Below are positions 44,579-53,163 of a stretch of 58,566 nucleotides of DNA, piece after piece. Made by a program: the position numbers and the translations under genes. Position 1 is the first letter of the stretch, and each line of letters opens with the position of its first letter. This stretch comes from a virus (taxonomy: Duplodnaviria; Caudoviricetes). The DNA lies in the IMG/VR virus record IMGVR_UViG_3300044648_000159, positions 1 to 58,566 of that record; one strand, given 5' to 3'. The notes below the pieces were generated by a model that had not been told where the DNA came from, did no database searches, and worked only from the letters and a program-made list of their open reading frames with translations.

Positions 44579-44812
44579 ATGAACGGGACAATGCCGGCCG
44601 TGATTACCGGCCCCAAACTCAAAGCCATCCGAGCGCTACGCGGCATGACGCAGGCGGAGCTCGCCCACCTTGCGGGCATCAGTCCTGTGACCATCGCCAC
44701 CTTCGAAGCTGGAAAATCCCATCTTCGAACCGACACCGTCGTCAAACTCTGTGAAGCCCTCGGCGTGAAGGTCAGCTACCACGTCGACGGCACCGAAATC
44801 TCCGGTCCCTAA
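44579..44812 (+). CDS. XRE-family HTH regulator (possibly leaderless)
   Basis: LKAIRALRGMTQAELAHLAGIS..TIATFEAG...LCEALGV; ATG 7 nt after the -10 box. Confidence 0.85.
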   Translation: MNGTMPAVITGPKLKAIRALRGMTQAELAHLAGISPVTIATFEAGKSHLRTDTVVKLCEALGVKVSYHVDGTEISGP

Positions 44813-45192
44813 AATCGATCGAACTCGTTGCCCTCATCGCCAGGCTTCTCAGTCCCAAGCTTCTGACGATCGGCAGGCGTCATACCGAGCCGAGCCAACA
44901 TTCCTATTAGATGGGTGTACTTGCCAACCGCGAACTCGGGCGGGCTCTTCCGATACTCGGCCAGCAAATTGGCCAATGTTTCCAGCGCAACTCGGTCAGC
45001 ACCCTTCAGCACGCCAGTCGGCGCCAGCGATTCGAGCTCGAACCAGCACGCCTTCGCTTCGTCGGTCAAATGTGCCGGCGCAGTTCCGATCGGCTGCTCG
45101 ACGGCGGGCGGTGTCTTGCGATACCGCTCAGGGTGTTTACGTGTCGCCCCTTTCAGCTCGGCGACTTCGCGGCTTTGCGGGTGACGAGCCAT
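44809..45192 (-). CDS. terS: Terminase small subunit (P27-like)
   Basis: ELKG, APAHL..EAK..W, LGMTPADR.KL...NEFDRF. Confidence 0.88.
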   Translation of the reverse strand: MARHPQSREVAELKGATRKHPERYRKTPPAVEQPIGTAPAHLTDEAKACWFELESLAPTGVLKGADRVALETLANLLAEYRKSPPEFAVGKYTHLIGMLARLGMTPADRQKLGTEKPGDEGNEFDRF

Positions 45193-45339
45193 AATCAAAC
45201 TTTAGTTGATGATCTAAATTATTGACGCGACACAGCGGTTAGCTTCGGCTCATCAAAATGTGCGTGTGCATACGCACTGTTCGGCGCGATTGGGCGGTGC
45301 AGCTTGCGCAGTCGCAGCAAAAGTTAATTCTGGAGAGGT

Positions 45340-45425
45340 GCGAAAAGAGAGGGGCGCGCGTTCGGCAGCGGCGACGGCCGGCAGATCGAAAATACCCCCC
45401 ACCCGATAGGGGTGTCCCCCCTTCT
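45340..45425. other. Candidate cos region
   Basis: G-run-rich intergenic stretch between HNH and terS, the usual cos position in HK97-like phages; exact cut site not determined. Confidence 0.35.
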
Positions 45426-45431
45426 GAGCTA

Positions 45432-45794
45432 TCATGCGATGCCCATACAACGCGGTCGACTCGGGACAGTATTCGGCAACGCAGTGCCTGCCTGCTCTGC
45501 CAGAGTCTTCCTGCTATGACATGAGCGACACATGCTGACCAAGTTGTCGTCGGCCGTTGGATGTCCACCCTGTGCCAGCGGTGTCCAATGGTCGACGTGC
45601 TCGGCCTGTACAGCCCTGCCTTCGCATGCACAGCACTGGCATAGGGGATCACGCCTTAGCTTCGCTTCTCGTGTGTGCTGCCAGAGCGCCGAGTCATAGA
45701 AGCGCTTGCGCGTGCGCTGATCTGCATCACGGCGTGGCGCATGCTGCTTTCCGCTATACGCTGCCGGCTTGTGGTTGCGAGGCGCGGACGGCAC
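45432..45794 (-). CDS. Terminase-associated HNH endonuclease
   Basis: FYDS..W..R..LRRDPLC..C, VDH..P...GG....NL.SMC.SCH.RKT. Confidence 0.9.
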   Translation of the reverse strand: MPSAPRNHKPAAYSGKQHAPRRDADQRTRKRFYDSALWQHTREAKLRRDPLCQCCACEGRAVQAEHVDHWTPLAQGGHPTADDNLVSMCRSCHSRKTLAEQAGTALPNTVPSRPRCMGIA

Positions 45795-45811
45795 CCTTAC
45801 TCTCCAGCTCC

Positions 45812-46237
45812 ATGAAAACCACTGACGACTATTTCACCGACTGGGAATCGCACTACTTTGGCTACGGGTACGGAACCGGTGAGCCACATGTATTCGATTC
45901 CCTCAAACGTTTTTTCCACGCCATCCGTGATGATGGTGGATATAACTACCGAGACCTCGAAGCAGCATGCACACCGGCAGTGGCATGGCTATTGATCTCT
46001 ACTCTCTGTCGAGCGCAGGTGCTCGATTACGGCACATCGCCGCGAGGCGGCTGGCTGACCAGCAACGGTAAAGCACTCTGCGAGTACGTGCGTACCCATT
46101 CAGTAACCCAACTCATCGAAGTCACCGACCGTGACGAGAACTACCACGAATGCTTTCCAGACTATTGCAACTGTGTAGGCCGTAAAGACGACGGGTGTTG
46201 CAATCTGAATCCGTTCTGGTCGAAGAAGCTCTACTAG
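45812..46237 (+). CDS. Opposite-strand hypothetical protein (moron)
   Basis: 141 aa; winged-helix-like YGTSPRGGWLT..G; Cys-rich C-terminus. Confidence 0.6.
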   Translation: MKTTDDYFTDWESHYFGYGYGTGEPHVFDSLKRFFHAIRDDGGYNYRDLEAACTPAVAWLLISTLCRAQVLDYGTSPRGGWLTSNGKALCEYVRTHSVTQLIEVTDRDENYHECFPDYCNCVGRKDDGCCNLNPFWSKKLY

Positions 46238-46398
46238 CTATCCAGCGGCGTACCATCTAGATACGTCGTCGGCGCTGGCGCGTCCTCACTCTCTTCGACA
46301 TACTGAGATGCGATGACGTGGGCCAGCGTGTCGATAGCTTGAGCCTGACGCTCAAGAGCTTCGGCAAGACGAGTAAAGGCTTTGGCTAGTTCATCCAT
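46234..46398 (-). CDS. Small hypothetical protein (54 aa)
   Basis: Hand-translated MDELAKAFTRLAEALERQAQ...TYLDGTP. Confidence 0.55.
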   Translation of the reverse strand: MDELAKAFTRLAEALERQAQAIDTLAHVIASQYVEESEDAPAPTTYLDGTPLDS

Positions 46399-46618
46399 CG
46401 ACGGGCGCAGCCTCAGCTGATTTCTCGTGCATCTGGTACCGCTTGACGACGCTCATCACCTTGTCCAGCTGATCACGCTCAGGAATGAACTCCACTATCG
46501 CATGGACAATCTGGCCTGCACGGAATCGAAGATCAACCGCCGATACTTGATTCATCGGCAGTCCCAAAGCATCACAGATCTCAGGGCCAATCTCGTTGGT
46601 TGTAACCGGGTTGCTCAT
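46391..46618 (-). CDS. Hypothetical protein
   Basis: 75 aa; coupled overlaps. Confidence 0.6.
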   Translation of the reverse strand: MSNPVTTNEIGPEICDALGLPMNQVSAVDLRFRAGQIVHAIVEFIPERDQLDKVMSVVKRYQMHEKSAEAAPVDG

Positions 46619-47106
46619 TTGACCTTCAACTCAATCCGCACTTCGTACTCAAGCCCGGTCGTGGTTGTGACGACGCCGACAATGCGGTACTTCTCGCCTG
46701 CCGTGCCACCAGCAACAGTCACCCGAGCCTCTTGCATGGCCGGTAGGTCGATGACCTGCTCATTGGTCAAGGTGATGCCGTCCGGCGGAGTCCAGGTGAC
46801 GCTGTCGATCCGGTATCGCAGGCTGTCGTAGGTGATCGCCTCCGCCGTCCACGTGAGTGAGCCATCTTCGACCGACTCGCCGCTTTCCGTTGGCCAGTCA
46901 GGCTCGAAGTCATCACCGTTTGTAACACCACCGCTGGACTGGTACTGCCAGCCCGTGCCTCCATCGAAAGATCGCACATGGGCACCATTGGCATAGGGAT
47001 AGTTCGGCTGCCGCAGAATCGCGAACCGCTCAGTCAGGTCAAATGCATAGTCCAGCACCGATAGTGGGCCCTGGCATACCTTAAGCGTGGCGATGCATTC
47101 GGTCAT
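46615..47106 (-). CDS. Fibre adaptor-like virion protein
   Basis: K..P..VLDY.FD, EPDWPT..G.SV.DGSLTW insert, VAGGTAG..Y.I. Confidence 0.6.
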   Translation of the reverse strand: MTECIATLKVCQGPLSVLDYAFDLTERFAILRQPNYPYANGAHVRSFDGGTGWQYQSSGGVTNGDDFEPDWPTESGESVEDGSLTWTAEAITYDSLRYRIDSVTWTPPDGITLTNEQVIDLPAMQEARVTVAGGTAGEKYRIVGVVTTTTGLEYEVRIELKVK

Positions 47107-48974
47107 CTTCGTGGAACTCTAAACCATCGATGTGCCGGAATGATGATCTCCGATTCCTCGGTCGTGCTGGTGAACGTATCCGACACACCACCGATCGTAA
47201 TGACGGTGTTAGTGGCGGTCTCGTAGCTCGCGCTGCTTGTATGCCGGGCTCGGACCGTATCGCCCACCTCAACCGTCCCAGGAGTACTGACGAATGTCCC
47301 CGACCCGTTGATATCGTAGGTGCCACCAGTCACGGAGATGGTCGCAGGGGCATCTATGCCGGCCACGGTAATCGCGGCTGACGTAATCACGGTCGAGCGC
47401 GCGACATCCGTCTGATCAGTGAACGTGAACGCATTGGGCGTGGTGTCTTCACCAGGCTCAGCAGCTTCGGTGGTACTGGTGAATGTGTCAGATACGCCGC
47501 CGATCGTTACGACAGTATTGGTAGCGGTCGAATTGCTCGAACTGCTGGTGTGCCGGGCCCGAACCGTGTCACCGTTACTGACCGTGCCAGACGTGCCAAC
47601 GAAGGTGCCCGAGGCGTTAATGTCGTAGGTGCCGCCAGTGACCGAAATGGTGGCTGGAGCGTCGATCCCCGAGACAGTAATCGCGGCCGAAGTAATGACC
47701 GTCGAAAGTGCTACATCCGTCTGGTCGGTGAAGCTAAACGCATTCGGCGTCGTGTCGTCTTCTGGATCAGATTCGGTGGTGCTTGTGAAAGTGTCAGAAA
47801 CACCGCCAATCGTGACAACGGTGTTGGTAGCCGTTGAATAGCTGGCGCTACTGGTGTGCCGAGCTCGCACGGTGTCGCCATTGTTGACCGTGCCCGACGA
47901 GGTTACGAACGTACCGGAGCCATTGATGTCGTAGCTACCGCCACTGACCGTGATAGTCGCGGCTGCATCGATACCGCTGACGGTAATCGACGCCGATGTG
48001 ATCGTGCTCGAGAGCGCAACGCTTGTCTGATCGGTGAAGCTGAAAGCGTTGGGCGTCGTATCGTCTTCGCCCTCCAGGAACCCCGGCGGCGGCCCGATCC
48101 AATCATTAATCCCCAAGTTCGCCGCAAAAGTCGCGTGCGAGTACATAACATAGTTGCCGACGTTCGCCGTGCCGACCGTGTTGAAGTAAAAGCCAAGACC
48201 TTCAAACTGGCCCGCATATTGCGCGTCGAAATCCCAACTTGGTTCCCAGTTCAACGGGACGCTAAGAGTTCGGACAACCACACCATCACGCGTTGTGACC
48301 CGAACCTTGTGTCTGCCGTTCGCGTTGCCTCGATCCTGACGCAGATCAATCATCTGCTCGAAACACAGCCACTCACCACCGGTTTGCGGAGGACCGGCGG
48401 CATGATTCGCCGAGCCTCGGATCTCAATGAGTTTGTTTGCGTCGGGACCGGAATCGATCGAGCCGGACGTCGGCGGCTCATGAAAGTTCGGGGTGGTAGT
48501 GACGGTTTGGTATGGATATTTCCAATTGTTCCAAACTGGCTGTCGGTGATCGAACACCGCGAGCCGATGATTCTGGCTATCACCAATGACCGTTGTGCAC
48601 TGGAATCCCCAGCATTTTGCATCGGGAGCTAGATCGAAATACCTGGGGCCGTAGTACACCAGGGTCCGAAAATTCATCTGGCCGATGTCGTTGACGCCAT
48701 CGGTGAGATCCAGAAACCGCAGCCAGCAGGCGTATTGCCCCTCACCGCCTACCGTCGCAGTTGGCGGATAGATCCGGACCGCATTCTCAGCGCCGTCGAA
48801 CGAGCCGCCGGCGACGATATCCATCGTCGCGCCGTTGCCAGATGTCAGCTGCTGGCCCAGCCCAGCGAAGCTGCCGCCAACTTCGATCCCAACGGTCTGG
48901 CCATCTGTCGCGAGCGCTGTTCCGATATCGGCAACGTCGCTAATGTATGTATTAGCCCACGTCAACTCCGCCAC
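47103..48974 (-). CDS. Large beta-rich protein with three ~101-aa Ig-like tandem repeats
   Basis: Three copies of DTTPNAF.FTDQT...TIGGVSDTFTSTTE. Confidence 0.8.
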   Translation of the reverse strand: MAELTWANTYISDVADIGTALATDGQTVGIEVGGSFAGLGQQLTSGNGATMDIVAGGSFDGAENAVRIYPPTATVGGEGQYACWLRFLDLTDGVNDIGQMNFRTLVYYGPRYFDLAPDAKCWGFQCTTVIGDSQNHRLAVFDHRQPVWNNWKYPYQTVTTTPNFHEPPTSGSIDSGPDANKLIEIRGSANHAAGPPQTGGEWLCFEQMIDLRQDRGNANGRHKVRVTTRDGVVVRTLSVPLNWEPSWDFDAQYAGQFEGLGFYFNTVGTANVGNYVMYSHATFAANLGINDWIGPPPGFLEGEDDTTPNAFSFTDQTSVALSSTITSASITVSGIDAAATITVSGGSYDINGSGTFVTSSGTVNNGDTVRARHTSSASYSTATNTVVTIGGVSDTFTSTTESDPEDDTTPNAFSFTDQTDVALSTVITSAAITVSGIDAPATISVTGGTYDINASGTFVGTSGTVSNGDTVRARHTSSSSNSTATNTVVTIGGVSDTFTSTTEAAEPGEDTTPNAFTFTDQTDVARSTVITSAAITVAGIDAPATISVTGGTYDINGSGTFVSTPGTVEVGDTVRARHTSSASYETATNTVITIGGVSDTFTSTTEESEIIIPAHRWFRVPRR

Positions 48975-49007
48975 CTACTAACAGTATCTGCCCACGACAT
49001 CAGCTAT

Positions 49008-49307
49008 TCACACGCACTGCTCGCATCGGCCTGCCTCTACAGCCTGCTGATGCCTGCGGATAACGTCCCTATGGCGAGCAGCAATGATGGCCTTCAGGTC
49101 ACGATCACGATCCCCTGTGAGCCGCAACAGACCCTTTTTGTGTGCGCTCGGGAATGCGCGTGCGCTCCGCAATGGCTGATCAAATGGGATACCGCGCCGG
49201 GCGCGCTTCTTCAAAGTTTTCCAGTTGATCCCGGTGATTTTCGCGATCTCAATCAGCGTTAGCTGCTGGCCTTGAAACAGGTGCCGCTTGCGCCGGGCCT
49301 CACTCAT
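49008..49307 (-). CDS. Small basic HTH-like protein
   Basis: FQGQQLTL.EIA..TGI...TL..R.RRG. Confidence 0.5.
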   Translation of the reverse strand: MSEARRKRHLFQGQQLTLIEIAKITGINWKTLKKRARRGIPFDQPLRSARAFPSAHKKGLLRLTGDRDRDLKAIIAARHRDVIRRHQQAVEAGRCEQCV

Positions 49308-50056
49308 TGGATGACCTTGCTCACGACGTTCGAAAGCGCGCTTTCTGTGCCGGCCGATGTATATGCCCTAACTCCGAAGTAGCGCGTACCAGGAGCAAGT
49401 TGTTGGATGACGTAGCGTGTCGTGCCCGGGCTGGCCAGCTGGATAGTCTGCGTCAGTGCGTCGGCCGTGAGCCCGTGGGAAATTCGATATCCGGCGATGT
49501 TGACACTCGCCGTACCGTCGGTGTTAAGCGTCGGCGGCGTCCACGAGAGAATCGCAGTCCCAGGACACACGCGCGTTTGTGGCTGAGTCTCTACCAGAGA
49601 TGGGCAGGCGGCGCCGCCATTCACCGGCTGTGTCACAATGGTCCGAGTTCGCACGACTGACCGGCTCTGCATGCCATCAGCGCAGGCCAGCCAGGCTGGA
49701 TCACTCCAGGCACCCCACGCACTGACCACACAATCAACCGGCGACAGCACCACCGATGAAGGATGGAAGGTGATGATCGAACGCTCTTCGATCTGGCACT
49801 TGTAAGTGACCTTGGATCCCGACGTCTTGGTTGCTGCCTCCGCCTTCCAGCGTTGCTCCTTCAACGCTCTACAAGCTTCAGGCGTGAAGTTGGCGCGGTA
49901 GGTCGAGTGAGAAGGATCGCTCGCGGCAATAATCGTCGTGCCACGATACAGTTTTACCGCCGTCTGCCGCTCCTCAGTGCCGTCCGCCCAAACTACCCCG
50001 GCAATCATCAGGCAAATGCCTGCCGTCACCACCGCAGCAGTGAGGTTGAGACGCAT
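49304..50056 (-). CDS. Secreted protein with a thrombospondin type-1 (spondin-like) domain and an FN3 domain
   Basis: Signal peptide; VDCVVSAWGAWS..C..G.Q.R.R.....P.NGG.ACP.L.E; SWTPP..IAGY.I..L.PG..YF.V.A. Confidence 0.8.
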   Translation of the reverse strand: MRLNLTAAVVTAGICLMIAGVVWADGTEERQTAVKLYRGTTIIAASDPSHSTYRANFTPEACRALKEQRWKAEAATKTSGSKVTYKCQIEERSIITFHPSSVVLSPVDCVVSAWGAWSDPAWLACADGMQSRSVVRTRTIVTQPVNGGAACPSLVETQPQTRVCPGTAILSWTPPTLNTDGTASVNIAGYRISHGLTADALTQTIQLASPGTTRYVIQQLAPGTRYFGVRAYTSAGTESALSNVVSKVIQ

Positions 50057-50144
50057 GGAAGCTCCAAGTTAGAAGGCCGCAACCCGCCCTGTTGTCTAGG
50101 GGACTAACTTAGGGATGTTGGCGGGTGCGGCCGGGACCAGAACG

Positions 50145-50170
50145 AAAAACCCGCCACTTTGGGCGGGTTT
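50145..50170 (-). terminator. Intrinsic terminator after the Q-like gene
   Basis: AAACCCGCC/GGCGGGTTT stem with a T run on the minus strand. Confidence 0.7.
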
Positions 50171-50200
50171 CGGGGGACAGTTAGAGACAATAACCCAACG

Positions 50201-50644
50201 TTATCCTACAGCGGACAACTGTGCAACAGGCTGCTTGGACAAAAATTCTGGGACAGGCAACCCAAGGATCTTGTATCGCGCTCGAGCTAGTCGACGGCGC
50301 AACGATTCCTCTCTGATCCCATAGATTCGCGCCTTCTCTGAGATGGTCCATACGGTTCCGTCTTCCTTCAGCTTGACCGCGAAGAACAGATAAACCGCCT
50401 CCCGCTCATTCTCAGTCAGCATCAGGATGCGCGCATGCGTGGCGTAGATGCCATCCGGCATGTCCAAGCACAGAATTCGGTGGCCAGGTGTACTGCCACC
50501 AGCACCGTAAAGCTGAGCAACCATTGCATTCACGCTTGGATGGCCGGTGTAGTCCGCGTGCCGTTCGATCCACCGACCCCAGCTGTTGAGCTCGCTGTCG
50601 ATCGCCTGCCGCGTGATGCGGTCCATGATGGTTGTCACACTCAT
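50201..50644 (-). CDS. Antiterminator Q-like late regulator
   Basis: L.SWG.W, C-terminal HTH ..GI....RRRL.RAR; last early gene before the late operon. Confidence 0.65.
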   Translation of the reverse strand: MSVTTIMDRITRQAIDSELNSWGRWIERHADYTGHPSVNAMVAQLYGAGGSTPGHRILCLDMPDGIYATHARILMLTENEREAVYLFFAVKLKEDGTVWTISEKARIYGIREESLRRRLARARYKILGLPVPEFLSKQPVAQLSAVG

Positions 50645-50973
50645 AGCTCCACCTTTTCGCCGACTGCGAGCAACGCCTCAAATGCACTCGTCGGCTTGTC
50701 GACGTTCCAGCGTTCGCAAAAGGCGAGCTGCTCCGGTTGATCTTTGCGCTTGCGCGCCTTGCCGGCCTTCCCCTGCGGCGTTTTGCATTCGAGCAGCCGG
50801 ACCTTGACCACATTACCGACGCGCTTGAGGCACAGCAGATCCACGGGTAGCTCGCGGTGAACTTCCCAGCCCGCGCGCTCGAGCGCAGCCACGATGACAG
50901 GCTCGGCGACATCCCGCTTAGCGGCTCGCCGGGTGTACCTCACTGGCCATCCCCACAAGGTTTGGTTGGCCAA
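50641..50973 (-). CDS. PD-(D/E)xK nuclease (resolvase/VRR-NUC-like)
   Basis: RAAKRD..EP.IV.AL..AG..V, PVDLL, LLECK, EQ..F. Confidence 0.7.
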   Translation of the reverse strand: MANQTLWGWPVRYTRRAAKRDVAEPVIVAALERAGWEVHRELPVDLLCLKRVGNVVKVRLLECKTPQGKAGKARKRKDQPEQLAFCERWNVDKPTSAFEALLAVGEKVEL

Positions 50974-51896
50974 CAGATATCGCAGTACGGCTGGATGAGC
51001 CAGTCATGCGGGCATGCAGAGCACATCTCATCGTAGGTGGCTGGTCGAAATTTTCCGCGCATACTCCACGGCCGGCGTACTTCACACAGCATTCCATGTA
51101 TGGAATGCCTCAGCAGCTTGAACTCAGCTCCTTCCGCGCCGGCGTAGATGGAAACGATCTGACCGTCTGTCACCACCTGGCCAAAGGCTAGGTCTGGAGC
51201 ATCTGGCGGAGGTTTGGCTGAGCTGAGCGCTTTCGACTTATCCTGCTCGTAAACTGGCGAGCCAATGTCAGCGATCAAATCATCGCGCCCGGCCCACTCT
51301 GCAGCGATTCGCCAGCCGAGCTCAAAGGCACGGTCTACGCTAACTTCCGGCTGGGTGGCTGGCATCGTCACCCCGCACTTGTGGCACCAGCGGCGAACAT
51401 ACTGACCGCCATTGGTTTCCATCTGATTCACAATGGAGTGATCGCAGGGCTCGGGGGATGACGCGGGCGGGTCTACGGCATTCTGACCCGTGTAACCTAG
51501 CGCCATCCGGAGCGCTTGCAGTTCATAGCCCATGCTCTGGTGATTGTTGGTAGTGCCGTGCCTGAAGGCATCGCGCATTCGCTTCTCCAGTTCGTCATAG
51601 GGAAGCGCGCGCGGCTCGGGGGCGGCTCCACCTAGCGCCAGCGTCGCCGCCCCTCGGCACGCCTCGCAGGTGCTGCAGGACTGGATGCCGTGCAGGGCCG
51701 TGCGAAGGCGCTCGACTGTCCGCGCTGAATCGAGATCGTTGCAAACCGCCTCAAGCGCTCCGGTCTCAAGCTGTAGCAGAGCTTGCAGGCGCTCGATCTC
51801 GTCGGCCGCCTCGCGAAAGCGCAGTTCACCCTTCAGCGCGTACCACCGGCGAAGCCAGTCGGGGAGTTTCTCCTTCGACGGGACCGGGTCGGTCAT
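50940..51896 (-). CDS. Mosaic hypothetical protein
   Basis: EAADEIERL motif; modules joined by APEP/SPEP/TQPE/KPPP linkers. Confidence 0.6.
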   Translation of the reverse strand: MTDPVPSKEKLPDWLRRWYALKGELRFREAADEIERLQALLQLETGALEAVCNDLDSARTVERLRTALHGIQSCSTCEACRGAATLALGGAAPEPRALPYDELEKRMRDAFRHGTTNNHQSMGYELQALRMALGYTGQNAVDPPASSPEPCDHSIVNQMETNGGQYVRRWCHKCGVTMPATQPEVSVDRAFELGWRIAAEWAGRDDLIADIGSPVYEQDKSKALSSAKPPPDAPDLAFGQVVTDGQIVSIYAGAEGAEFKLLRHSIHGMLCEVRRPWSMRGKFRPATYDEMCSACPHDWLIQPYCDICWPTKPCGDGQ

Positions 51897-52372
51897 GGCG
51901 CCTGACCTTTCAAATCCGCCAGTTCGCGCTCCAGCTCCGCGATACGACTCAGACGGCGATCCTCGGCTTCACGTTGACGCCGCTCGCGCATACGGACCAA
52001 CCATTCGCCTTGCAGTTCGGGATCCATCGGCTCGCCATTCAGTTCCCCTCCGCCATCCCAGATGAACTGATTCAGTGGAAAGTGCGCTTTGCAATGGACA
52101 CAGAAGGTGCCGGTGTAGAAGCGAGGGTTTCGCGCGTACGTCTCGGCAATTGCTGTGCCCGTAGTGGTCTCTCCACCGCATCCGATCTGACGCTCGACCT
52201 CACTCGGATATGCGTGGATGTAGGACCGACGCAGCGGCTTTACGAAGCCTTTGGCGCGCTCCTCCGGGGACAGCACCACGTAATCGCGCTGCATGCCCGT
52301 CGCCGGGTTGATCTCAGCGTGGCTGTGATCTGCTGGAACTGACTGGCCACTCACTAGGATTCGATCGCTCAT
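51893..52372 (-). CDS. Hypothetical zinc-binding protein
   Basis: YVVLS.EERAKGFV.P.R.SY.H..CG..T..AETYAR.P.FY.GTFC..C..H. Confidence 0.75.
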   Translation of the reverse strand: MSDRILVSGQSVPADHSHAEINPATGMQRDYVVLSPEERAKGFVKPLRRSYIHAYPSEVERQIGCGGETTTGTAIAETYARNPRFYTGTFCVHCKAHFPLNQFIWDGGGELNGEPMDPELQGEWLVRMRERRQREAEDRRLSRIAELERELADLKGQAP

Positions 52373-52593
52373 GACTTTTTGCTCAGTTCGAAGTGAAAGA
52401 CGCGGCCCTCGACGCGGAAGCTGACGAGATCTCGGCCAGTGTCGTCGACCTCGGCAACAGGAAATTGCAGGTTGTGCCCAAGCGCTTGCAGTCGCTTCAG
52501 GAACACGACGAGCAATTGATCCTTGAGGTCGTCAAGCACGTCGGCGTGGATGCCAGCGTCGGCTGCTCGCGCCATATCAATGCCCTTACCCAT
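52369..52593 (-). CDS. Hypothetical protein
   Basis: 74 aa; AGGAG RBS. Confidence 0.65.
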   Translation of the reverse strand: MGKGIDMARAADAGIHADVLDDLKDQLLVVFLKRLQALGHNLQFPVAEVDDTGRDLVSFRVEGRVFHFELSKKS

Positions 52594-52623
52594 TGCTTCG
52601 CTCCTTTGTCGGCGCTTGCTCGC

Positions 52624-52875
52624 TCATCGCGCCACCCGCTGCGGCCAAAATATATACGCCATGTCGCGCCAATCGCCGCGCTCGTACTGTTTCAGCAATG
52701 AGCACTCCAGCAGGATCGATGACAAGCCGCTGGCCGTGGTCACCAGGTAACGCCACTCGCCTTCGATCGGCGTCTTGATGCTTTCAATCCTGCACGTGCG
52801 GCCGATCATTCGACGATCGTATGCCGCTCGACCAACGAGCGCTTCTTCACCTGGAATGAACATGGGGTTCTTCAT
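52624..52875 (-). CDS. Hypothetical protein
   Basis: 83 aa; ATGA overlap. Confidence 0.55.
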   Translation of the reverse strand: MKNPMFIPGEEALVGRAAYDRRMIGRTCRIESIKTPIEGEWRYLVTTASGLSSILLECSLLKQYERGDWRDMAYIFWPQRVAR

Positions 52876-53048
52876 GCCGAAGGTTCCACGTGAATCTCTT
52901 GCGAGTGTTTCTTAGCCGCGCGATATAACTTCATGCATTGCTTGCACCACGGTTGCTTTCCATCGCGCGTCCACGTCGACTCACTGAAATCAGTGCGAGG
53001 CTTGTGACACTTACACCGGCAGCAGTGCTTGATGTCGGTGATGTTCAT
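52872..53048 (-). CDS. Small Cys-rich zinc-binding protein
   Basis: K.CCRC...KP..DF......DG.Q.WCK.C. Confidence 0.55.
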   Translation of the reverse strand: MNITDIKHCCRCKCHKPRTDFSESTWTRDGKQPWCKQCMKLYRAAKKHSQEIHVEPSA

Positions 53049-53163
53049 GTGCGTCGCTTCCGAAAAGAGCTGACTAACTGGCCCAATAGCACAACGTCGA
53101 ACGTTTCCTCGGTACTCCGATACCACCAGGAGCAGCACCAGTCCCAGCGGAAGCGGGACTTGG

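Noticed and set aside
47103-48070. Diversity-generating retroelement TR/VR pair
   Set aside because: No reverse transcriptase in the genome; the repeats are in-frame domain duplications without an adenine-specific mismatch pattern
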